A stretch of DNA of 64,000 bases from an uncultured Verrucomicrobiae bacterium (GCA_963825315.1 CAWGST010000001.1:2645460-2709459), one strand, 5' to 3'; shown: positions 19,759 through 31,180, counted from the first letter of the stretch. A program made the numbers and translations. The notes: a model not told the origin generated them from the sequence alone.

Positions 19759-20307
19759 ACTCCCGTCCCGGTTTTTGCGGGCAGTTATCGCGCAAGCTCA
19801 AACAGAAACCAGATCATCATTGGCGTGGACCCTTCGTTGCGCGGGACCGGCTATGGGGTCATCCAGTTGGCCCGGCCGAATCCGCGCGCGCTGGCCCACG
19901 GCACCATCGCCTGCCCGGCGGGCTGGGAACGTTCCCGATGCCTGCTGAAGATCATGCAAACGTTGCGCGAGGTCGTGGCCAAATACCGGCCGACCGTGTG
20001 CGCGATCGAGGGACTCTTTTACGCGCAAAACCTGCAGACGGCGCTGATCATGGGCGAGGCGCGCGGAGCGGCCCTGGCGGCGCTGGCCGAAGCCGGGTTG
20101 GACATTTTTGAAATCGCGCCGCGCAAGGTCAAGCAGGCGGTGGTGGGTTATGGCGCGGCGCAGAAATTGGCGGTGGGCAAAATGGTGCAGCGCTTGTTGC
20201 AGCTCCCGGAACCTCCGTCGCCCGACGCCGCCGACGCCCTGGCCCTCGCCCTGGCCCATGCGCAGGACAGCCAGAGAACCTTCGGCGCGGGAGCGAAGAG
20301 GATTTAA
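19699..20307 (+). CDS. ruvC: Holliday junction resolvase RuvC with N-terminal extension
   Basis: IIGVDPSLRGTGYG, AIEGLF, GEARG, VKQAVVGYG.A.K, DAADALALALAH. Confidence 0.93.
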   Translation: MAITPRQFEQIQARLSGSKRTPVPVFAGSYRASSNRNQIIIGVDPSLRGTGYGVIQLARPNPRALAHGTIACPAGWERSRCLLKIMQTLREVVAKYRPTVCAIEGLFYAQNLQTALIMGEARGAALAALAEAGLDIFEIAPRKVKQAVVGYGAAQKLAVGKMVQRLLQLPEPPSPDAADALALALAHAQDSQRTFGAGAKRI

Positions 20308-20320
20308 GTGAGCCGGAGCT

Positions 20321-20908
20321 TCATAAATCCGCCAGATACAGGCGGCGATTGCGCCAAAGATAAATGGCGCCGGAGGAGAAGGTCAGGATGACGGCGACAT
20401 CCAGAGCAAGGGTCGTAAACCACCCAATCCAGGGCCGGCCCGAAGGGAACCCAAAGAGGATCTGTCCAAAAGGCCCCCATTGCTCATAACTGTGGAAAAT
20501 CAGAATCAAAAGAATGGCCACTATTTGTGAAATCGTTTTATGTTTGCCAAATCCTTCCGCCGCCAGCACCAGATTCTTCGAGGCGGCCAGCAACCGCAAT
20601 CCCGTGATGGCCAGTTCCCGCGCCACCACGATGACCGCCATCCACGCCGGCATCCAGTTCCGGCCGACAAAGGCGATAAAGGCCGAACAGACCAGTATCT
20701 TGTCGGCCAGCGGATCCATGAGTATGCCGAAGTTGGTGATGAGATGGTCGCGGCGCGCAATCTTGCCGTCGAAGTAATCGGTCAAACCCGCCGCGCTGAA
20801 AAGAGCCAGGGCGATGGTTTCATGAAACGGGATTTGGGAAAAAATAACCGCCAGGAAAAGCACGGTGAGGGCAAATCTGGAAATTGTCAATTTGTTCGGA
20901 ACGTTCAT
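20321..20908 (-). CDS. pgsA: CDP-diacylglycerol--glycerol-3-phosphate 3-phosphatidyltransferase
   Basis: NVPNKLTISR and the CDP-alcohol motif DYFDGKIAR....G..MDPLADK. Confidence 0.92.
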   Translation of the reverse strand: MNVPNKLTISRFALTVLFLAVIFSQIPFHETIALALFSAAGLTDYFDGKIARRDHLITNFGILMDPLADKILVCSAFIAFVGRNWMPAWMAVIVVARELAITGLRLLAASKNLVLAAEGFGKHKTISQIVAILLILIFHSYEQWGPFGQILFGFPSGRPWIGWFTTLALDVAVILTFSSGAIYLWRNRRLYLADL

Positions 20909-21102
20909 TCACATTTTGGAAATCATCTTCGGCAGGTGATATAAAGACAGATTCCGCCCGCGAAGCAAACATTTCCTGAGTTCAGACGCAAGGGATCACT
21001 TCTTTGGATTGCCACCCAAAAAAGTGGAATGCGCCCTACCGCTGTGAGCAACCCAAAATATGTTGAAGTCGCGCCTGCGGTGACGTTCAATGTGCCGCTG
21101 GT

Positions 21103-22971
21103 TTGAAAACCCCTCCTCAACCTTCGGTCCACGCGGCGGGCCGCGATTACCCGGCGGGCGAGCTGGTCAGGCGCCTGCTCGGCGTGGCGTGGCATTATCG
21201 CGCGGATTTCCTGCTGTCCCTCGGCCTGAGCTTGATGCTTCTTCTGCTGGGCCTGCTGGGCTTGCAGTTGTTGGGGGTGGTGATCGATGTGATTCGTCAT
21301 GCTCTCGATGCGTCCCAACGGGCGCCCGTTTATCCTTTCGGCTGGATGCCGCCCGCGGCATGGCCGGCCTTGCCGGTCGTTACGGTGTTGTCGCTGGCCA
21401 TCATCGCGCAAGCGTTGCTCAGGGCCGTGCTGACTTATGCTTACAATTTGACCACGGCGCGCCTGACGCAAGGGGAGATCGTGCCGGACTTGCGCGACCA
21501 GCTTTACGCGCGGTTGCAGCGGTTGAGTTTCCCGTTTTTCGACTTGCACGGTTCCAGTTCGATCTTCAACCGGGTGACAGGCGACGTGCAAAACACGCGT
21601 CTGTTTGTTGATGGCGTGCTGTTGCAGGGGATCAACATGCTTTTGACGCTGGCGGCTTATGGCGTGTTCATGTGGCGCATTCATCCTTCCTTGACGGTGG
21701 CGTGTCTCGGGGTGGCGGTTCCTCTCTGGTGGGTGACGCATTATTACTCGGGCCGCCTGCGCCCGGCCTACCTCCGCAACCGCGAGATCACCGACCACTT
21801 GGTGCAACTCTTTTCCGAGAGCATTCGCGGGATGCAAACCGTCAAGGGCTTCGCGGCCGAGCCTCCGCAGATTGGCCGCTTCGAGGAAGCCAACTCGCTG
21901 GTCTCAACCCAGCAACGCCGCATTTTCCTCGACTTGTCCGTCTTCACGCCGGTGACGCAATTGTTGTCCCAGCTCAGTCTGGTGATTCTGTTCAGTTATG
22001 GCGGGTGGCTTTACGTCAAAGGACAAATTCCATTGGGCGGCGGATTGGTTGTCTTCGCCGGATTGCTGCAACAATTCAACGGCCAGGTCGCCAGCATTTC
22101 CACCATCGCCAACTCCGTCCAACAAAGCCTCGCCGCCGCCCGCCGTGTTTTCGAGGTGCTGGACACGCCCCTGGGCGTGGAAAGCAAACCCGGCGCCGCC
22201 ACCCCGCCGCGTCTGACCGGCCGGGTGGTGTTTGAGAACGTGACCTTCGGCTACGACGCTGAAAATCCCGTGTTGCGCCAGATCTCGTTCGAGGCCAAAC
22301 CGGGCCAGGTCATCGGCATTTTTGGCATGACCGGCGCGGGCAAGAGCACTTTGTTGAGCTTGATACCCAGATTCTACGATCCGCAACAGGGACGAATTCT
22401 AGTTGACGGACATGACTTGCGGGAATTGGATTTGGACGCCTGCCGGCGGCAGATCGGCCTGGTTTACCAGGAAAGTTTTCTGTTTTCCAACACCGTCAGC
22501 GCCAACATTGCCTTTGGCAATCCTCACGCGACGCCGCGGCAAATCGAGGAGGCGGCCCGCATTGCCTCCGCGCATGAGTTTATCACCGCGTTGCCGCGCG
22601 GCTACGCGACCGTCCTGGGGGAATCCGGCGTGGACCTTTCGGGCGGCCAGCGGCAGCGTCTGGCTTTGGCCCGGGCCTTGTTGCTCCAGCCGCCCATCTT
22701 GATTCTGGATGACCCGACCGCCTCGGTGGATCCCAGGACGGAGCATGAAATTGCCTCGGCCTTGCGCGTGGCCATGGCCGAACGCACCGCCTTCGTCGTC
22801 TCCAGCCGCCTCAGTTTGCTGCGCCGGGCGGATCTGATTCTGGTGCTGGAGGACGGACGCCTCACCCAAACAGGGCGGCATGATGAATTGGCGCATCGGC
22901 CCGGCCCTTACCACGAGACGGCGCTGCTGCAACTGATGGACTTGGGCCAGCCGGAAGGACGGGCCGCGTGA
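21103..22971 (+). CDS. ABC exporter subunit (TMD-NBD)
   Basis: Walker A GMTGAGKS, signature LSGGQRQR, Walker B ILDD. Confidence 0.92.
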   Translation: MKTPPQPSVHAAGRDYPAGELVRRLLGVAWHYRADFLLSLGLSLMLLLLGLLGLQLLGVVIDVIRHALDASQRAPVYPFGWMPPAAWPALPVVTVLSLAIIAQALLRAVLTYAYNLTTARLTQGEIVPDLRDQLYARLQRLSFPFFDLHGSSSIFNRVTGDVQNTRLFVDGVLLQGINMLLTLAAYGVFMWRIHPSLTVACLGVAVPLWWVTHYYSGRLRPAYLRNREITDHLVQLFSESIRGMQTVKGFAAEPPQIGRFEEANSLVSTQQRRIFLDLSVFTPVTQLLSQLSLVILFSYGGWLYVKGQIPLGGGLVVFAGLLQQFNGQVASISTIANSVQQSLAAARRVFEVLDTPLGVESKPGAATPPRLTGRVVFENVTFGYDAENPVLRQISFEAKPGQVIGIFGMTGAGKSTLLSLIPRFYDPQQGRILVDGHDLRELDLDACRRQIGLVYQESFLFSNTVSANIAFGNPHATPRQIEEAARIASAHEFITALPRGYATVLGESGVDLSGGQRQRLALARALLLQPPILILDDPTASVDPRTEHEIASALRVAMAERTAFVVSSRLSLLRRADLILVLEDGRLTQTGRHDELAHRPGPYHETALLQLMDLGQPEGRAA

Positions 22972-24797
22972 GCAACCCCGAGGCCATCACCTCAGACCGC
23001 GAGGCCATCACCTATTATGATCCGGCCGAGCACCGCGAAGCCGATCAGGTCCCGTTGCGTCTGGACCTGATCCGCCGTGTATTCTCCTACACGCGGCCTT
23101 ACGCGGCGCGGCGGAACTGGCTTTTCGTATTGACGTTTGCCAGGGGTTTGCAGTTGCCCGCGCTGGCCTGGATGATCGGCCGCACCATTAACGGCCCCAT
23201 CGCCGGAAAAAACATCGCGGGAATATGGCTCCATGCCGCCGGCTACCTGGGTTTGACGCTGTTCATGGTGGCGACCCTGTATTTCCGGCAGCGCTTCGCC
23301 CTGGAACTGGGCGAGGCTGTGGCGCATGACATGCGCTCGGCCCTCTTCCGCAAACTCACCACCCTGCCGATGTCCTTTTTCAACCGCACCAAGTTCGGGC
23401 GCATCATCAGCCGGTTGACCTCGGACATCGACAGCGTGCGGGTGGGCATCCAGGATGTGGCGTTCATCGTGACCGTGCAGGCCCTGCAAATGGCCGGTTC
23501 GGCGCTGCTCATGGCCTGGTATGATTGGAAATTATTCTCCCTCATGCTGCTGCTCGTGCCGATGATCTGGCTGGTCAACGCGCGCTATCGCCGTGAAATG
23601 AGCGGGCGCTTGCGCAAAGTCCAGCAGTCCTGGAGCCATGTCAGTTCCACCCTGGCCGAATCGGTCGGCGGCATTCGCGTCACCCAAGCCTTCGTGCGCC
23701 AGGAAATCAACGCCGGTTTCTTTCGCAAACTCATCGCTTTGCATGGCGACAATAACGTCGGCGTGGCCCGCGCTTCAGCCGTCTTCGTGCCGTTGCTGCA
23801 ACTGAAGAGCCAGCTTTTCCTGGGGGCCGCGGCCTTGCTCGCCGGTTACGGCGCCTTGCAACCGCACGGTTGGCTGCACATTGATGTCGGCAACCTGGTC
23901 ATCTTCTTCTTTCTGGCCAACTTGTTCTTTGAGCCGGTGCAGGTCATCGGCAACCAATACAACCAGGCCCTGACCGCCATGGCCGGCGCCGAACGCCTCT
24001 TTCGCCTTCTCGACCAGGAACCGGACTGGCGCGACGCCCCGGACGCAAAGCCTTTGCCCGCTCTGCGCGGCCGCGTCGAATTTCAGTCCGTCTATTTCGA
24101 GTACCAACCCAGCCGGCCCGTTCTGGCCGACATTTCCTTCGTGGCCGAACCGGGACAAACCGTGGCGTTGGTTGGCCCCACCGGCAGTGGAAAAACGACC
24201 CTCGTGGCCCTGCTGCAAAAATTCTATCTGCCAACGCGCGGCGCCGTGCGCATCGATGGCCACAACCTGCTGGACGTCACCAGTGACTCGATTCTCAGGC
24301 AAATGGGCAACGTCCAGCAGAACAATTTCCTCTTTTCCGGCTCGGTCATTGACAACATCCGCTTCGCCCGCCCCGGCGCCACTGAAGCCGACGTGCGCGC
24401 CACCCTTTCCGCCCTCGACTGTCTGGACTTGATCCAGAGCCTGCCCGACGGCCTGCAACATCAGGTCGGCGAAAAAAGCGCGGCCCTTTCCCTCGGCCAG
24501 CGTCAATTGGTTTGTTTTGCCCGCGCCCTGCTCGCCCAGCCTCGCATCGTGGTATTGGACGAGGCGACCAGCGCGATCGACACGGTGACAGAAACCCGAT
24601 TGCAACGCGCGCTGGAAGTTTTGTTGCGCGGGCGCACGGCCTTTGTCGTGGCCCACCGCCTCAGCACCATCCGCAAGGCGGACCTTGTGCTGGTCCTCGA
24701 CCAGGGCCGCATCGCGGAGCGGGGCACACACCAGACGCTGTTAAGCGCCGGCGGCATTTACGCCCGCCTGCACAGGGAATTCATCGGCAAGCATTGA
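22968..24797 (+). CDS. ABC exporter subunit (TMD-NBD), likely heterodimer partner
   Basis: Walker A GPTGSGKT, SLGQRQ, VLDEATS, AHRLST; GTGA overlap with the upstream gene. Confidence 0.92.
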   Translation: MSNPEAITSDREAITYYDPAEHREADQVPLRLDLIRRVFSYTRPYAARRNWLFVLTFARGLQLPALAWMIGRTINGPIAGKNIAGIWLHAAGYLGLTLFMVATLYFRQRFALELGEAVAHDMRSALFRKLTTLPMSFFNRTKFGRIISRLTSDIDSVRVGIQDVAFIVTVQALQMAGSALLMAWYDWKLFSLMLLLVPMIWLVNARYRREMSGRLRKVQQSWSHVSSTLAESVGGIRVTQAFVRQEINAGFFRKLIALHGDNNVGVARASAVFVPLLQLKSQLFLGAAALLAGYGALQPHGWLHIDVGNLVIFFFLANLFFEPVQVIGNQYNQALTAMAGAERLFRLLDQEPDWRDAPDAKPLPALRGRVEFQSVYFEYQPSRPVLADISFVAEPGQTVALVGPTGSGKTTLVALLQKFYLPTRGAVRIDGHNLLDVTSDSILRQMGNVQQNNFLFSGSVIDNIRFARPGATEADVRATLSALDCLDLIQSLPDGLQHQVGEKSAALSLGQRQLVCFARALLAQPRIVVLDEATSAIDTVTETRLQRALEVLLRGRTAFVVAHRLSTIRKADLVLVLDQGRIAERGTHQTLLSAGGIYARLHREFIGKH

Positions 24798-24914
24798 CCA
24801 CCAAGGAGGAATTGCGCCGGTTCCGTTCGCTTTGGATCGTAACTATGGATGCACTCGACTATGCCAACTGGCGCACAATGTTTGATTGATTTGTTCCGAG
24901 GCAGAGGATAAGAG

Positions 24915-26427
24915 TGAGGTGGACCCCAAAAACTAGACCAGTGGTTAAGATGGACTTTTACCGATCTGATGAGAGAAAGCAGATCGATGAAAGCAAAACG
25001 CAAACGGCACAGTAGTGCCTTCAAAGCCAAAGTGGGATTCGAAGCCCTGTTGGGGCTTAAGACGGTCGCGCAACTGGCGCGAGAGTACGCGGTGCATCCG
25101 ACGCAGGTCACGCAATGGAAAGCCACCATTCGGGACCGGTTGCCGGAGTTGTTCGAGGCGGGTGCGGCGGGCCACGAGGATCAGGAGGAATTGATCGCGC
25201 AGTTGCATCAAAAGATTGGGCAGTTGACCGTGGACCTGGACTGGCTCAAAAAAAAATCCAAACAGATGGGTCTTTAACATGCTTGGACGAACTGGTCGGT
25301 CCAGATGCGAAGGTGAGCGTGCGCCATCAGTGCGAGCTGTTGGAGGTCTGCCGCGGCACGTATTATTACCTGGCCTGTGCGGAGACGGAGGAGAACCTGG
25401 GGCTGATGCGGCAGTTGGACCAGATGCATTTAGAGCATCCGGTTTATGGGAGCCGCAAGTTGACCGTGCTGTTGCGCCAGCAGGGATGGGCCATCAATCG
25501 CAAGCGGGTGCGGCGGCTGTTGCGCTTGATGGGGATCGAAGCGATCTACGCCAGGCCGCGCACCAGCCTGCCCGGGCCGGGACACCAGATTTTTCCGTAT
25601 CTGTTGAGAGATTTGGTGGTCACGGGGCCGGATCAGGTCTGGTGTTCGGACATCACCTATGTTCCTATGGCCACGGGGTTTATGTATTTGGTGGCGGTGA
25701 TGGATTGGTGGAGTCGCCGCGTGCTGGGCTGGCGGTTGAGCAACACGATGGACACGGCCTTCTGTGTGGACGCTTGGGAAATGGCGTTGCGGCAGGGACG
25801 CCAGGCACCATTGATCTCCAACACCGATCAGGGTTCGCAATTCACCTCGCCGGTGTTTATCGACGCGGTGCAATCGGCCGGAGTGGACGTGAGCATGGAC
25901 GGGCGCAAACGGTGGCTGGACAACCGTTTCATCGAACGGCTCTGGCGGAGCGTCAAGTATGAGGACATCTACCTCCAGGATTACAGCGGCGGCTTGGACG
26001 CCGGACGCGGGCTGGGAAAATGGTTTGACAGTTACAATGACGAGCGGCCCCACCAGGCGCTGGGCTACACGACGCCCTCGGAAGTCTATCGGGCGCCCGA
26101 CTCCTACGGCGCCAAGCCGGCGACCTTGGAAGCGATGCAACCGCAACCCGGAAGAGGCGCAGAAAGGGTGTAGGCAGCCGCTGGCGCGCCCGCAAAGCCA
26201 CTCACAGAAAAGACTTGAAAACAGACCGCCTACGGCGGTAAGAATAGAGGTGCTAACAAAACGGAGAGGGAGAGCGGACTGGAATCAACGAAGGTTCGTT
26301 CTCTCTTTTCGAAAGTTCTTTGAAGCGCAAATCAGGCAAGAGACAACAAGAAACATATATGACAACAGATCGAAGGAGTCCATCTTAATTTATGCGCTTC
26401 GTGGTCTAAATGATGGGGTCCACCTCA
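24915..26427 (+). mobile_element. IS3-family insertion sequence
   Basis: Imperfect TIRs TGAGGTGGACCCCA...TAGACCA and TGGTCTA...TGGGGTCCACCTCA with TG..CA ends; orfA/orfB inside. No target duplication seen. Confidence 0.9.
24987..26173 (+). CDS. IS3 transposase OrfAB via -1 frameshift
   Basis: OrfA 24987..25277 (HSSAFKAKV..HPTQVTQWK). A9 run at 25248-25256. OrfB in the -1 frame with WCSDITY, NTDQGSQFT, DNRFIERLWRSVKYE. Confidence 0.9.
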
Positions 26428-26428
26428 T

Positions 26429-26518
26429 CCTGAGATCCATCCCAATGGGCGGTTTGCCCGATTACATGATCCAGAAGGAAATCCCATCGAGCTGTGGGAG
26501 CCTGACGAAATTGGCTAA
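26429..26518 (+). pseudogene. C-terminal fragment of a VOC/glyoxalase-family gene
   Basis: Reads PEIHPNGRFARLHDPEGNPIELWEPDEIG* starting right at the IS3 right end. Confidence 0.65.
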
Positions 26519-26624
26519 CAAGCGCGCTCCAGACCCCTGCGTTTTGGCCATTTTAATATACGACCGCTGTTTGTATCCTCATTGTCAGACATCATTCGCA
26601 CATGTAAAGTTTCAGGCTTAAATC

Positions 26625-27269
26625 ATGAACAGAATAACGATTCTACTTATTGCAGTCCTCACCGCAGCCGCTGGATGTTCCCGCCCTGGGATTAAAGGCG
26701 ACGGAGTGATCCAAACTGAGGACCGGTCGATTTCTGAATATTCCAAGGTCGCGGTCGCGGGCGGTTACAAGATCAAATGGTCCGCCGGCAGACCCGCGCT
26801 CAACATTTCCGCCGACCAGAACCTGCTTCCGCTTATCAAAACGGTCGTCCGCGGCAACACTCTGCAAATTGACTCGAAGGAAGACCTGGCGCCGACCAAA
26901 AGCATCAGGATTATTCTCTCCAGCGCATCTCTGGCGGACGTGCAATTGACTGGCGGCAACAGTTTCAAGGCCAGCCAGCTCTCCGGCCAGGACCTGAGGC
27001 TCCAATCCACCGGCGCGTCGCAGATCAGCGTTGATGGTTCCGTCACGAAACTGGAAGCGAACCTGACCGGAGCAAGCAGGCTCAATGCGAAATCTTTGCA
27101 GACTCAAACCGCCACGCTATCACTTCTCGGCGCTTCGGACGCCGATGTCACCGTCACCGACACTCTCAAGGTATCCATAACAGGCGCAGGCGAGCTCACT
27201 TATTTCGGCAACCCAAAATCGGTGGAGCAGAACATCATTGGCGCGGGAAGCGTTCAGCATCGGCCCTGA
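26625..27269 (+). CDS. GIN-domain (DUF2807) lipoprotein
   Basis: Lipobox AAGC, IKGDG..TEDR, ADQNLLP, repeated xxGASxx beta-helix units, GAGELTYFGNP. Confidence 0.8.
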   Translation: MNRITILLIAVLTAAAGCSRPGIKGDGVIQTEDRSISEYSKVAVAGGYKIKWSAGRPALNISADQNLLPLIKTVVRGNTLQIDSKEDLAPTKSIRIILSSASLADVQLTGGNSFKASQLSGQDLRLQSTGASQISVDGSVTKLEANLTGASRLNAKSLQTQTATLSLLGASDADVTVTDTLKVSITGAGELTYFGNPKSVEQNIIGAGSVQHRP

Positions 27270-27335
27270 CGCCCGGCCGTGGTTGAATCCTTAAACCACG
27301 GATCGCAGGGATGACATTGATAAAGCCAGATAAAC

Positions 27336-28232
27336 TCACCGCGCCCCGCCCAGGTAGAGCAGGCTCGCGGGAATCTGTTGTTCGGAAACGTCCGATTCAT
27401 CCTCGATGAAATACCACTTGACACCCACTTTTGCCGCCGCGCGCAAAATGGCGGGCAGATCAAGCTGGCCCGTGCCGAACACCACATCGTTGCTGTCCGG
27501 TGAACTGCCGGTGAGCAGGCCGGTGGGCGTGCCTTTTTTCATGTCTTTCAAGTGCATCAACTCAAAGCGCTTCGGACACTTCTCCAGCAACTGCACCGGG
27601 TCCCGCCCGGCATGAGCGATCCAGAAGATGTCCATTTCAAACTTCACCTGGTCGGGATTGGTCTCCCGCATCAACAAGTCGAAAAGAGTTCCATTCTCGA
27701 ATGGTTGAAATTCATACCCGTGCGTATGGTAGAAAAAGACCATGTGATGCCGGGCGGCCAGGGCGCCCGCCCGATTGAACACCGCGATGGCCTGGCGGCA
27801 CACGGCTTCGTCGAATGCTCCCTGGTGTGGAATCCAGGCGCACCCGACGTACTTCAAACCAAATGTTTCGGCCTCGGCCAGCACGCCCTCCGGGTCATCG
27901 CGCCATCGCTCGTAGGAAAAATGGCCCGAAACGGCCTCAAGTCCGTGCGCGTCCAGTTGCGCCTTGAACTCCGCGGGCGTCAATTTGTAAGTGCCGGCCA
28001 GTTCAACATATTTGATCCCCCAACTCCGCACCTCGGCCAGCGTGCCGGGAACATCTTTGCCCATTTGCGCGCGCACGCTCCACAATTGCAGGCCGACGGG
28101 GCCTTTGCACAGATTTCCGTCCATGCTGGCGCAGCCGGCCAGAAGCGCGGCCGCGCAAGCCATCGTTCCCCGCGCGGCGGCGGCCAGTGAAGTTCGACGG
28201 CGGCGCGAGTCAATTATTTGTTTAGATTTCAT
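27336..28232 (-). CDS. Sugar phosphate isomerase/epimerase (xylose-isomerase-like TIM barrel), exported
   Basis: [34 protein letters not shown]; RR-rich Tat-like N-terminus. Confidence 0.85.
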   Translation of the reverse strand: MKSKQIIDSRRRRTSLAAAARGTMACAAALLAGCASMDGNLCKGPVGLQLWSVRAQMGKDVPGTLAEVRSWGIKYVELAGTYKLTPAEFKAQLDAHGLEAVSGHFSYERWRDDPEGVLAEAETFGLKYVGCAWIPHQGAFDEAVCRQAIAVFNRAGALAARHHMVFFYHTHGYEFQPFENGTLFDLLMRETNPDQVKFEMDIFWIAHAGRDPVQLLEKCPKRFELMHLKDMKKGTPTGLLTGSSPDSNDVVFGTGQLDLPAILRAAAKVGVKWYFIEDESDVSEQQIPASLLYLGGAR

Positions 28233-28419
28233 AGGGCGCCATGATGGTCCTGGAGCGGCCTTGTTGTCCATAGTTATTGCCGGGAAAATGACGAATGACG
28301 AAATCCTAATGACCAATCAATGCCCAAATGACCCAATGACGTAATTTCGTCATTTGTGCTTCGACATTCGTCATTCCAATTTGCCTTGCCAAACCCTCCG
28401 TCTGCTTAAAAATGCCGCC

Positions 28420-30155
28420 GTGCCTGAGAACACCGCCAGAATTGTCCGGCCCTTGTGGCTGCTGATGCGGATCAATTCCCTGCAAGGCTGGCGGCGGCTC
28501 AAATCCATCCACTCGACCTCGGCCCCCGTGGCGTTGGCCATTGGATTGTTCGTGGTGGCTTACCTGGGCGTTTCGTTTGTGCTGTTCCACCGTGGCCTGC
28601 GGTTTCTCAATAACTTCCCCGCCCTGGGCGCGCTCCTGACTGAACGGCTCTTTTTTCTGCTCTTTGTCTTTCTGCTTGTCCTGCTGGTGTTCAGCAACCT
28701 GGTCGTCGGTTATGCCAATTTTTTCCGCAATCGGGAAACCAGCTTTTTGATCAGCCTGCCCATCTCTTCCCAAACCATCTATCGCTGGAAATTCATTGAG
28801 TCCGCCCTCCTGGCGTCGTGGGCTTTTATTTTCCTGATTGCGCCGCTCCTGGCCGCTTACGGATTGATGCGCGGAGCGCCGTGGCACTTTTACCTGATGA
28901 CCGTGGCGGCGCTGGCCCTGTTCATCGTTTTGCCCGGCGTGGCCGGCGCCTGGGCGGCCATGAACCTGGCCCGATACCTCGACCGCCGCTCCTTTCAGGT
29001 CGTGGCCATCCTCCTCACGCTGGCCGTCCTGACCTTGATGGCGGTTTGGTTCCGCCCGGAAACTTTGACCGACACCTCGACCGACCCGCGCGTCCTGGCC
29101 ACGCTGGACAAACTGCTCATGCGCACTCATTTCGCCGAATGGCCCTGGCTGCCCAGTTATTGGCTGTCCACCAGCGTTTTGCAATGGTCGGAAGGCGCCT
29201 GGACCGCCGCCGGATTCTTTCTGCTCGTCCTGCTCAGCCACGTTCTGTTCTTCGGCTGGCTTTCCTTCAACTGTTCCGGAAGGCTTTTCTACGAATCCTT
29301 TTCCACCGTGCAAAGCCGCGAAAGCATCTTCGCGCGCTGGAGTTGGTTTCGGCGCCGGCGCCGCGCCAGGTTCATGTTGACTACGCCGCGGGGCCGGTGG
29401 AAAAGTTTTTCCGGCTGGCGCACCCGGGGCCGCCCGACGTTCTGGCCCTGCTGGTCAAGGACGCCCGCATGTTTTGGCGCGACACCACGCAATGGGGGCA
29501 AACGCTCGTTCTCTTTGGCTTGCTGGCCGTCTATGTCATCAACCTGCGCCATTTCTCGCAGGAACTGACCAATGCATTCTGGCTGCACCTGGTTTCCTAT
29601 TTGAACCTGGGCGCTTGCGCGCTGAACCTGGCCACCCTGACCACGCGCTTTGTCTTTCCCCAATTCTCCCTCGAAGGCAAACGGCTCTGGATTGTGGGGA
29701 TGGCCCCGATGGGTTTGGTGCGGGCGCTGCAAGCGAAATTTTGGCTGGCCAGCCGCGCCGCTTTGCCGGTCGCCCTGGGTCTGATCCTGCTTTCCTGTCG
29801 CATGTTGCAAATGCCCCTGAACCATACCCTCTATCTCGGCCTCATCATCGCCATCATGACCCATACACTCGTTGCGCTGGCCATGGGCCTGGGCGCGCTC
29901 TTTCCCAACTTTCGCGAGGACAACCCGACGAAAATTGTCAGCGGATTCGGCGGCACGTTATGTTTGGTCCTGAGCTTTCTTTACATTGTCGGTTCGGTCG
30001 CGCTGTTGGAGGTCGCCTCGCCTTGGGGCGGGCATGGGGGAGCTTCGGCCCGCTGGATTCTGGCCGCCTGGTTGGGCTTTGCCATTTTCTCGGTCATCAT
30101 CGGCTGGATACCGTATCGCCTGGGCTTGAGACGGGTTAAAACGTTTGAGCTATAG
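28420..30155 (+). pseudogene. Putative ABC-2-type permease subunit, frameshifted near 29350-29380
   Basis: The polytopic ORF 28354..29568 continues in ORF 28818..30155 (LLVKDARMFWRDTTQW, RFVFPQFSLEG, PNFREDNP) as one family-length protein. Confidence 0.65.
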
Positions 30156-30265
30156 CCGTGACCATTCAATTCCAGACATCCTGCCCGCTCACACCTCAGG
30201 GCAAGCCGAGGCCGTAGTAGCGGGTCAGTTTGGCGCGGATAGGGAAGCCCATTTGGGCGATGCCG

Positions 30266-31180
30266 TCACCACGCTGATTGTTGGTAGGGTGTGCGCTGTG
30301 CCAGCCATGCCAGATCGACGTCAGGGGTACCAATGATGGCCTCATTGTGGTATGAAACATACTCGACCACATGAATAGTTCGAGAATCCAACCACTTATG
30401 GATCTCGGCATGGCCATCGGCAAAACTGATTGAAGCTCCATTATTGTGATTGGCCCCCGGCAGTTGAGTAAATTGTCCACCGCCTGCATCCACCCCATTT
30501 GTTTCGGCGGGGTCAACATAAAATTGGGCGTTATTGATGGAATCAGGATTCACGTCCAGGAACACAAAACTCATGGCGGGTCCCAGGATGGTAAAACCAC
30601 TCATTTTGGTAACTGGATTAGTGAGACCAGATGGCCAACCAACGAGCCATCGCCCTCCAGGCCCAACGAGTCCATTCATGGCAATACTGCGACAACGATA
30701 CGGCCATCCAGCCGCGCGCTGCGGTGGACTGAGGTAAACATCGGCGGGGCAGCGAAACAGTTGCACGTCGTTAGCGACGTACGGCCCCAATAACGAAGCT
30801 CCCGCTCCGATCAAGCCTAGTGTGTTGGTGTTGTCAGTATTCTGAACAGTCCAATCGAGCTCCCCTTCGCACCAGCATGGCGTCCCCCTCCACGGCGGGG
30901 TGGGGTAATTCTGGTTGTCATGATTATCGGCAAGAATATCATGGTTGTCTTGGGCATAAAGGATCCAGGCCTGGGTCATCTGGCGCATGTTGCCCAGGCA
31001 TTGGAAGGATTTTGCTTCCTGCTGGCTGCCAGCCAATGCGGGCCGAAGCAACAACGCCAGAATTCCCAGAATGAACAGCACCACCAGCAAATCGGTCAGC
31101 GTAAAGGCACCGCAGCCGTCGTCGGGACCATGCCGCTGAGTGGCGAACAACTTGAAATCAGTTCGACGGTTTGTATTCAT
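30266..31180 (-). CDS. Prepilin-type N-terminal / H-X9-DG domain protein (DUF1559-like)
   Basis: GAFTLTDLLVVL, CLGNMRQMTQAW..Y, FRCPAD, HNNGASISFADGH. Confidence 0.85.
   Translation of the reverse strand: MNTNRRTDFKLFATQRHGPDDGCGAFTLTDLLVVLFILGILALLLRPALAGSQQEAKSFQCLGNMRQMTQAWILYAQDNHDILADNHDNQNYPTPPWRGTPCWCEGELDWTVQNTDNTNTLGLIGAGASLLGPYVANDVQLFRCPADVYLSPPQRAAGWPYRCRSIAMNGLVGPGGRWLVGWPSGLTNPVTKMSGFTILGPAMSFVFLDVNPDSINNAQFYVDPAETNGVDAGGGQFTQLPGANHNNGASISFADGHAEIHKWLDSRTIHVVEYVSYHNEAIIGTPDVDLAWLAQRTPYQQSAW

Noticed and set aside
24798-24889. Short frame LTTKEELRRFRSLWIVTMDALDYANWRTMFD as a gene fragment
   Set aside because: It looks protein-like, but I cannot assign it to a family and it has no clear start.
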